A stretch of 64,000 bases of DNA. Origin: Candidatus Lustribacter sp. Its GTDB lineage: Bacteria > Vulcanimicrobiota > Vulcanimicrobiia > Vulcanimicrobiales > Vulcanimicrobiaceae. How positions within the stretch are numbered: the first letter of the stretch is position 1; each line of letters starts with the position of its first letter. The notes under the pieces were generated by a model. The model made no database searches and was not told the origin of the DNA. It saw nothing but the letters and a program-made list of their open reading frames with translations. The stretch lies in assembly GCA_965277805.1 (NCBI GenBank), contig OZ255842.1:2752001-2816000 (forward strand), read 5' to 3'. Shown here in pieces: positions 57,822 through 64,000 of this stretch. The translations under genes were made by a program, and so were the position numbers.

Positions 57822-59825
57822 TTGAGCGCAACTCAGGTGACCGTTAACCTCGACTCGTGGTTCCGCGTCGTCTATCCGCAAGATTTCAACTTGCCCGGTT
57901 CGCTTGCTCATGCCCTCGACGCGGCCGGTATCGCCCATCAGGCCGGAACCTTCCCCTATACCGGCGACGGCGGCGACGACGTCAGCGTCGCTTACTTGGT
58001 CGAGGCCGAGCGCTTGGCCGCACTGGGTTCGCATAAAAAGATCAGGCACGCGCTCGAATTGATCGAACACGCCGGCTCCGCGGCGACGATCGTCGTCGCC
58101 GACCCCGGCGAGATCGCGATGATGTGGCTGGCCGAGAGCGAGCACATTGCCGGCTGGCTCGTCCGTCCGCTCGATCCGGTGGCGGTCATCGCCACGATCA
58201 CCGCGGCCCGCCGCATGCTCAAAGACCGCGCCGAGGCCGGGCGCATGAGCGAGATGGCCGTGGCAATGACGGAAGAGACCGACCGCTTGCTCTCGATCGG
58301 CGTCGCACTTTCGGCCGAACGCGACATCTCGAAGCTGCACGAACTGATCGTGCGCAACGCGCGCGAACTGACGCGCGCCGACGGCGGCAGCCTTTTCCTG
58401 GTCGAAAAGGACGAGAGCGGCACCGACAAGCTGCGTTTCGCGGTGGCCCAAACCGGCCCCGACGACGCCGGTACGCATTTGGGCGCCGTGCTGCCGCTCA
58501 CGCGCGGCTCGGTCGCAGGCTACGTCGCCCTCAGCGGCGAGGTGGTGCGGCTCGACGACGCCTACGAAATTCCCGAAGAGTCGGAATTCCGCTTCAACCA
58601 ATCGTTCGACAAACAGAACGGCTACCGGTCGAAGTCGATGATGGTCGTGCCGATGCGCGACCACGAGAACGCGATCGTCGGCGTCATTCAGCTGATCAAT
58701 CGCAAACCCGAGTTCGAACTCGTGCTGACCTCGCCGACGATGACCGAGCAAGTCGTCGAGCCGTTTACCACGCGCGACGAAAGCGTCTTGCTGTCATTGG
58801 CCTCGCAGGCCGGGGTCGCGCTGGAAAACAAAGCGCTGCTCGAATCGATCCAGGACCTCTTCGAACAGTTCGTGCGCGCGTCGGTCAAGGCGATCGAAGT
58901 GCGCGACAAGTCCACGCAGGGCCACTCCTCGCGCGTCGCCGAGCTGACCGTCGCCCAAGCGATTGCCGCGAATGCGGTCGAATCCGGCAAGTTCGCGCAA
59001 CTGCACTTCAACGAAGATGCTTTGCGCGAGATGCGCTACGCCGCGCTGCTGCACGATTTCGGCAAGGTCGCCGTGCCCGAGTACATCTTCGGCAAAGCGA
59101 AGAAACTGCCCGACGGCAAACTCGACGCGATCCGCCTGCGGTTTCTCCTCGCGATCAACCAGATCGAAGCGCTCGGTGCGCGGCGCAAATTCGAACTGCT
59201 GCAATCGGGCGTCGCGCTCGACGATCACCGCATCGTGGAGATCGACGCCGATACGACCTCGCACGCGGGCGAGCTGCAGGCCCTGCTCGCGACGGTCGAG
59301 TCGGCGAACGAACCGCGCGTGGTTGCGGCGGAAATCGGCGCGCTGCTCGACTCCATCATCGGCAAGACGTATCGCGATCTCGAAGAGGAAAAGCCGCTGC
59401 TCGATACGGCCGAGTTCGATTTCCTGCGCATTCCGCGCGGCTCGCTCTCCAATGACGAACGCCAGAAGATGGAACAGCACGTCACGCAGTCGTTTTACTT
59501 CCTGCGTGAAATCCCGTGGGCCAAGACACCGTGGCGCAACGTGCCCGACCTCGCCTACGGTCATCACGAACACCTCGACGGCACCGGATATCCGCGCGGG
59601 CTCAAGGACACCGAGATCGCGCCGCAAGTACGCATGCTGACGATCGCCGACGTCTACGACGCCTTGACCGCGAAGGACCGGCCGTACAAAGCAGCGATGC
59701 CGATCGACCGCGCGCTCGACATCCTGGTCAAGGAATTTGCCCAGCGCGGCAAGGTCGATAGCGAGCTGCTCGACCTCTTCATCGCCCGCAAAGTCTACGA
59801 GACGATCGACGTCGCCAAGACATAG
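57822..59825 (+). CDS. GAF plus HD-GYP phosphodiesterase with degenerate N-terminal receiver-like region
   Basis: GYRSKSMMVVPM, GVIQLIN, HSSRVA, LLHDFGK, HHEHLDGTGYP, DVYDALT. Confidence 0.9.
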   Translation: MSATQVTVNLDSWFRVVYPQDFNLPGSLAHALDAAGIAHQAGTFPYTGDGGDDVSVAYLVEAERLAALGSHKKIRHALELIEHAGSAATIVVADPGEIAMMWLAESEHIAGWLVRPLDPVAVIATITAARRMLKDRAEAGRMSEMAVAMTEETDRLLSIGVALSAERDISKLHELIVRNARELTRADGGSLFLVEKDESGTDKLRFAVAQTGPDDAGTHLGAVLPLTRGSVAGYVALSGEVVRLDDAYEIPEESEFRFNQSFDKQNGYRSKSMMVVPMRDHENAIVGVIQLINRKPEFELVLTSPTMTEQVVEPFTTRDESVLLSLASQAGVALENKALLESIQDLFEQFVRASVKAIEVRDKSTQGHSSRVAELTVAQAIAANAVESGKFAQLHFNEDALREMRYAALLHDFGKVAVPEYIFGKAKKLPDGKLDAIRLRFLLAINQIEALGARRKFELLQSGVALDDHRIVEIDADTTSHAGELQALLATVESANEPRVVAAEIGALLDSIIGKTYRDLEEEKPLLDTAEFDFLRIPRGSLSNDERQKMEQHVTQSFYFLREIPWAKTPWRNVPDLAYGHHEHLDGTGYPRGLKDTEIAPQVRMLTIADVYDALTAKDRPYKAAMPIDRALDILVKEFAQRGKVDSELLDLFIARKVYETIDVAKT

Positions 59826-59840
59826 GCATGACGCGGGTCA

Positions 59841-59856
59841 CATGATCTAAATCACA
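59841..59856 (+). promoter_or_regulatory. Putative CRP/FNR-family binding site
   Basis: CATGATCTAAATCACA versus TGTGATCTAGATCACA (13/16), intergenic. Confidence 0.5.
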
Positions 59857-59913
59857 AGCTTGGGCGCGGTCCAGGTGCTTGCCGCGGCACACCCGTACGC
59901 CGCTACCACGCCC

Positions 59914-60381
59914 ATGTTTGCTTTAGCTCTAGTCGCAGTAGCAGCAATCATTTTGGCGGTGATCTTCATCGCCGAGAGCGCTCGCCTGCGCAAAGCCGAG
60001 AAGTTGCGCGCCACGCCGCGCAGCAAAGCCCGCCGGCAACCGCACCTCGAAGACGCAATCCGCGCCGCGTTCGACGGACCGAACGAAAAGCACGGTGAGA
60101 TCTTTCTCAGCTATTCCGTCTGGAAGCGCGAGCAAGAGACGCGGCTCGAACTCCTCGCCGCCGATCCGTTCGGACGGCTCAACGAGTTCACGCGCTGCCT
60201 CATCGTACGCCATCTCTGGCGCGCACTCGAAAGTCTTTCGGCAGGCTCCGTCGTGATGGTCGATAACCCGCCGCAAACGTGGTCGGTCACGGTCGACCGC
60301 AGCTTCCACGACCACGGCATCGACCCGTGGCGTCTCCCGCCGATCAACCTCGCGCCCGCTCCGCAATTCGTCAACGACTAA
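59914..60381 (+). CDS. Hypothetical protein with N-terminal TM anchor
   Basis: MFALALVAVAAIILAVIFI followed by basic residues. Confidence 0.6.
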   Translation: MFALALVAVAAIILAVIFIAESARLRKAEKLRATPRSKARRQPHLEDAIRAAFDGPNEKHGEIFLSYSVWKREQETRLELLAADPFGRLNEFTRCLIVRHLWRALESLSAGSVVMVDNPPQTWSVTVDRSFHDHGIDPWRLPPINLAPAPQFVND

Positions 60382-60460
60382 CCCGCGGGTTTGCGTTGAT
60401 GGAGAATGAATTGATGTCATCGAGTCGATGCCGTTAATTTTCACAGCGCCCTTTCGGAAG

Positions 60461-61114
60461 TTACGGGCGGTAGACGAGGCCGATTCCGATGACGGGTTGG
60501 ATGAGGCGGGTTCGGAATTGCGAGGCGGTGGCGGCGAGGTCGGATTGAAAGACGGGGTTGGCTGCGAGCGGGCCGGTTGCCGTCGTTGAGAGCGTGCCGT
60601 TGCGCACGACGATGCCGGCGTCGAACGCGATCGTGAGGCCGCGCAGGATGCCGGTGCCGGCGCCGAAGCCGGCATAGATTGCCGGCCGCGCGTACGACAC
60701 GCGAGCGGAGACGACGCCCGCGCCGCTCACCGGATAGCTGTTGCCGTTGAGCAGGTAGTTGCCGCTGTTGCTCTGCGCGACTTTGTTGACGTAGTCACCG
60801 CCGAAGAGCAGGCCGCCCGAGAGACGCCAGCGCCCGCCGTAGGGTCGCCAGTCCATCGCGACGAGAACGTTGTTTTCGTGGAACGTCGACGTCCACGGCG
60901 CATTGTTGTACGTCTGCTGGTTCGTCGTCGAGAGCGCACCGGTCGTGACGCGCGCGCTTAGGTCGAAGAGCAGCGGGCGCTCGAGCGTCACGCCTGCCCC
61001 GAGCGTGCCGATGTGCGCGCCGATCGAGATCGGATCGAACGAATCGGCGCGCGCGGTCACCGGTATCAGGCACAGCGCGCTAAGCAGCACCGCGACGGAG
61101 CGCCATTTCATCAC
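60461..61114 (-). CDS. Outer-membrane beta-barrel protein
   Basis: Signal peptide, IGTLGAG, PAIYAGFG, terminal PVIGIGLVYRP. Confidence 0.7.
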   Translation of the reverse strand: MMKWRSVAVLLSALCLIPVTARADSFDPISIGAHIGTLGAGVTLERPLLFDLSARVTTGALSTTNQQTYNNAPWTSTFHENNVLVAMDWRPYGGRWRLSGGLLFGGDYVNKVAQSNSGNYLLNGNSYPVSGAGVVSARVSYARPAIYAGFGAGTGILRGLTIAFDAGIVVRNGTLSTTATGPLAANPVFQSDLAATASQFRTRLIQPVIGIGLVYRP

Positions 61115-61590
61115 GGCCCCCCTTCGCTCTCGAACGCTCCGATTCGTTCAACCGCAGCGAGATCGTCCGGCGGCAACGCGTCGCGAGCGGCGGCATACGA
61201 CGGTTCGATCTCGGCGAGCGGCACGAGTGCGAACGCACGCTCGTAGAGGCGAGCATGCGGGATCGTCAGGTTGGGATCGTCGCGCTTCACGCCTTCGGCA
61301 TCGAGAATGTCGACGTCGATCGCGCGCGGACCCCAGCGCACGCTCGCCACGCGGCCCAGTTCGCGTTCGAGCGCCTTGAGCGCGAGCAGCAGCGCATCGG
61401 GGTCGAGTGCCGTCTCGAGCGCGAGCGCGGCGTTCACGAAGGGCGGCTGTTCGGTGACGCCCCACGGCGGCGTGCGATAGAGCGATGACACGGCAGTGAC
61501 CCGGCCGAGCGCCGCCAGCCGTCCCTTCGCTTCATTGAGCGTAGCGACCGGATCGCCGAGATTGGCGCCCAATCCCAGGAACGCTTTCAC
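61111..61590 (-). CDS. folK: Hydroxymethyldihydropteridine pyrophosphokinase
   Basis: LGLGANLGD, WGPRAIDVDIL, IPH, ERAFALVPL. Confidence 0.95.
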   Translation of the reverse strand: MKAFLGLGANLGDPVATLNEAKGRLAALGRVTAVSSLYRTPPWGVTEQPPFVNAALALETALDPDALLLALKALERELGRVASVRWGPRAIDVDILDAEGVKRDDPNLTIPHARLYERAFALVPLAEIEPSYAAARDALPPDDLAAVERIGAFESEGGP

Positions 61591-61940
61591 GCGCGGGCAG
61601 CGTGCAAGACCACCGCCGGCGTCGCGCCGCCGAGCAGTCCGGGCTTCGCAATGCGCACGCGCGCGCGTTGCACGCGCGGATCGGCGAGGATCGCATCGAG
61701 CAGGTCGGCTCCCAGGCGTTCGATCAGATCGTACGAGCGCTCGCGCACCAGGCGCACGATCGTCGCATGCAACGTCGAGTAATCGAGCGTGTCGTCTAGC
61801 GCATCGCTCGCGCGCGCGGCCGCGAGATCGATCTCCAAGCTAACGTCGATGTCGAACGGCTGTGCGACGATCTTCTCGCCGGGATCCGCGCCATGATGTC
61901 CGAACGCGCGGATCCCGTTCAGTTCGATCGTGTCGAGCAT
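61587..61940 (-). CDS. folB: Dihydroneopterin aldolase
   Basis: FGHHG...E...Q.F, SDALDDTLDY, LIERL. Confidence 0.93.
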   Translation of the reverse strand: MLDTIELNGIRAFGHHGADPGEKIVAQPFDIDVSLEIDLAAARASDALDDTLDYSTLHATIVRLVRERSYDLIERLGADLLDAILADPRVQRARVRIAKPGLLGGATPAVVLHAARA

Positions 61941-62803
61941 CAGCGGAGACGATCCGCCCAGCCGGGCGGACGCCAACCGCGCACGATCGCGTCGGTGACG
62001 CGCACGACGTCGGTTTGCTCCGCGACGTCGTGCACGCGCACGATATCGATTCCGGCGGCCGCAGCGAGCGCGATCGTCGCGGCGGTGCCGAACGCGCGGC
62101 CGTCGACGTCGCGTCCCGTCAGACGCCCGATCGTCGACTTGCGTGAGGTGCCGAGCAGCGTCGGAAAGCCGAGCGCTACCAGCCGCGGCAGCGCGCCGAG
62201 CACGCTGATGTTGTGTTCGGGCGTTTTGCCGAAGCCGATCCCCGGATCGAGGATCACGTGTTCGGGGGGAATGCCCGCGCGCACGCAGCGTTCTGCCGAT
62301 GCACCCAGACTCGCCAAGACCTCGTCGACGACGTCGCCTTCATAGATCGCAACGGCCTTGTTGTGCATCACGACGATCGGCGAACGCGTTTCGACGCACG
62401 CCGCAATCAGCTCGTCGCTCGCACCCCAGATCGAGTTGAGCAGATCGCCGCCGGCAGCGTGCGCACGGCGATAGACGCCGGCCTTGAACGTGTCGACGGA
62501 AACGATCGTGGTGCGATCGCGCGCGCGCAGCCCTTCGATTACCGGTACCAGGCGCGCGATTTCGGTCGGCGCATCGATCGGATCGTAGCCCGGCCGTGTC
62601 GACTCCCCGCCGATGTCGACCAGATCGCAGCCCGCGTCGCGCTGCTCGAACGCGCGCGTAACCGCCGTCGCCGTGTCGATTGCGCCGTCGCCCGAGAACG
62701 AATCGGGCGAGACGTTGACGATCCCCATGACGTAGGTGCGTTGCCCCCAGGGGAGGCTTCGACCGCGGACGCGCAACGCGCCGCGCGTCGCGGATTCAGA
62801 CAC
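61940..62803 (-). CDS. folP: Dihydropteroate synthase
   Basis: MGIVNVSPDSFSGD, GGESTRPG, DPGIGFGK, SRKS, RVHDV. Confidence 0.96.
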   Translation of the reverse strand: MSESATRGALRVRGRSLPWGQRTYVMGIVNVSPDSFSGDGAIDTATAVTRAFEQRDAGCDLVDIGGESTRPGYDPIDAPTEIARLVPVIEGLRARDRTTIVSVDTFKAGVYRRAHAAGGDLLNSIWGASDELIAACVETRSPIVVMHNKAVAIYEGDVVDEVLASLGASAERCVRAGIPPEHVILDPGIGFGKTPEHNISVLGALPRLVALGFPTLLGTSRKSTIGRLTGRDVDGRAFGTAATIALAAAAGIDIVRVHDVAEQTDVVRVTDAIVRGWRPPGWADRLR

Positions 62804-64000
62804 CCGAACTCACGACGTTGGTGAACCACCACTCGCGTAGCGTTCCGACGACGAAGGTCGAGCCCGTGACCACGACGATGTCGCTCGCATCGGCATTGCG
62901 CCGCGCGATCGAAAACGCATCGACCGGATCGCCGATCGCGCGGCCCCAGATCCCCAAATCTTCGGCAATGCTCGCGAGGCGTTGCGGACGGATTGCCGTC
63001 CGGCCCGGAATGCCGAAGAAGCCGGTGAACGTGAACGTTGCCGGCAATCCCGCGAACGGCTGCAGAATCGTCGTGACGTCCTTGCTGTCGACGATCGCGA
63101 TGACGAACGAGAAACGCCGGTCCGGAAACGCGGCTTTGAGGGCATCGACGAGGTGACCGGTTTTGTCGGCGTTGTGCGCGACGTCGAAGACCACGCTCGG
63201 GTGCGACGGAAAGAACTCCATGCGTCCGGGGATCACGAGCCGCGCGAAGCCTTCCTCGATCTGCGCGCGCGTTGGCCGCAGGCCGTCGCCGAGCAATTCC
63301 AGGGCGCGGATCGCGGTCGCGGCGTTTTCTTGCTGGAACGTTCCGAGCACCGGCAACGAGAGCTCGTAGCGGTCGATCGGCGTGATGACGTCGAACGATT
63401 GGCCGTAGCGCTCGCCGCTGCGCGGCTCGACCGTCACGGTATCGGCGACCGAAACGAACGGTGCGCCGGCCTGCGCGCATTCGGCTTCGATCTCGCGGCG
63501 CGCGTCGGCATCGCGCGCGTTCGAGACGAGCGGCACGCCGCGCTTCGCAATGCCGGCTTTGTCGCGCGCGATCAGCGCGGTGGTATCGCCCAGGATCTCG
63601 GTATGATCGAGCGAGACGTTGGTGATGATCGCGACCTGCGGCTGCAGCACGTTCGTGCCGTCGAGGCGTCCGCCGATGCCGGCTTCGATCACCGCCACAT
63701 CGACGCCGGCGCGCGCGAACGCGACGAACGAGAGCGCCAGCAGCACTTCGTAGTACGATGGGCTGCCGTGTTCGCGCGCCACCGATTCGATCGCCGGCAT
63801 CATGTCGGTGAGCAGCTCACCGAAGGCATCTTCGGAGATCGGCGTGCCGTTGATGCGAATCCGCTCGGTCGGCGAGATGAGGTGGGGCTTCGTATGCAGC
63901 CCCACCCGCTTACCGCTCGCCTCGAGCGCTGCGGCCAGCATCGTAGCCGTCGAACCTTTGCCGCTGGTACCCGCGACGTGCAGCGTGGGGTACTGCAGCT
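62796..64000 (-). CDS. folC: Folylpolyglutamate synthase/dihydrofolate synthase, 5'-partial
   Basis: LHVAGTSGKGST at window edge, EAGIGGRLDGTN, DHTEILG, PGRME, DVAHN. Confidence 0.95.
   Translation of the reverse strand, partial: LQYPTLHVAGTSGKGSTATMLAAALEASGKRVGLHTKPHLISPTERIRINGTPISEDAFGELLTDMMPAIESVAREHGSPSYYEVLLALSFVAFARAGVDVAVIEAGIGGRLDGTNVLQPQVAIITNVSLDHTEILGDTTALIARDKAGIAKRGVPLVSNARDADARREIEAECAQAGAPFVSVADTVTVEPRSGERYGQSFDVITPIDRYELSLPVLGTFQQENAATAIRALELLGDGLRPTRAQIEEGFARLVIPGRMEFFPSHPSVVFDVAHNADKTGHLVDALKAAFPDRRFSFVIAIVDSKDVTTILQPFAGLPATFTFTGFFGIPGRTAIRPQRLASIAEDLGIWGRAIGDPVDAFSIARRNADASDIVVVTGSTFVVGTLREWWFTNVVSSGV

Noticed and set aside
57330-58751. 473-aa minus-strand ORF as a long AccB fusion
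   Set aside because: The N-terminal 339 aa are the antisense shadow of the HD-GYP gene. The real gene starts near 57734.
60382-60460. AT-rich spacer between convergent genes as an sRNA or gene remnant
   Set aside because: No stable structure, repeat or recognisable motif to support a call.

Overview
This is a high-GC bacterial chromosomal window. Its gene content and style fit a diderm Terrabacteria-like lineage such as Eremiobacterota/Vulcanimicrobiota, but that assignment is unverified inference. Most of it is housekeeping: ppx-phoB-phoR-pstSCAB, nusA-ylxR-infB-rbfA-DHH-truB-ribF, rimP, pyk, accC-nusB-pbp1A-xseAB-tlyA-nadK-recN and folC-P-B-K. There are also secreted proteins, an AttEFGH-like ABC system, a Clp ATPase and an HD-GYP protein. 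I saw no rRNA, tRNA, CRISPR array or transposase. Five things stand out. (1) A decaying ~5.7-kb block between rimP and nusA combines NfrA/NfrB-like glycan synthesis/export genes with two AlgX/AlgJ-like acetyltransferases and a split Dlt-style acylation module (a 48-aa DltX-like peptide ending FIYTDF, an SGNH protein and an MBOAT remnant). (2) A perfect 34-bp inverted repeat brackets the signal-peptide region of an AttH-like gene, and both orientations stay in frame. (3) The biotin-carrier homolog in the accB position lacks the biotinylated Lys (BADC-like). (4) Two kb-scale patches of strand-asymmetric synonymous recoding lie inside ordinary genes. (5) nusA has its own promoter and a rimP-leader-like hairpin. 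All calls come from reading motifs by eye; no database searches were run.
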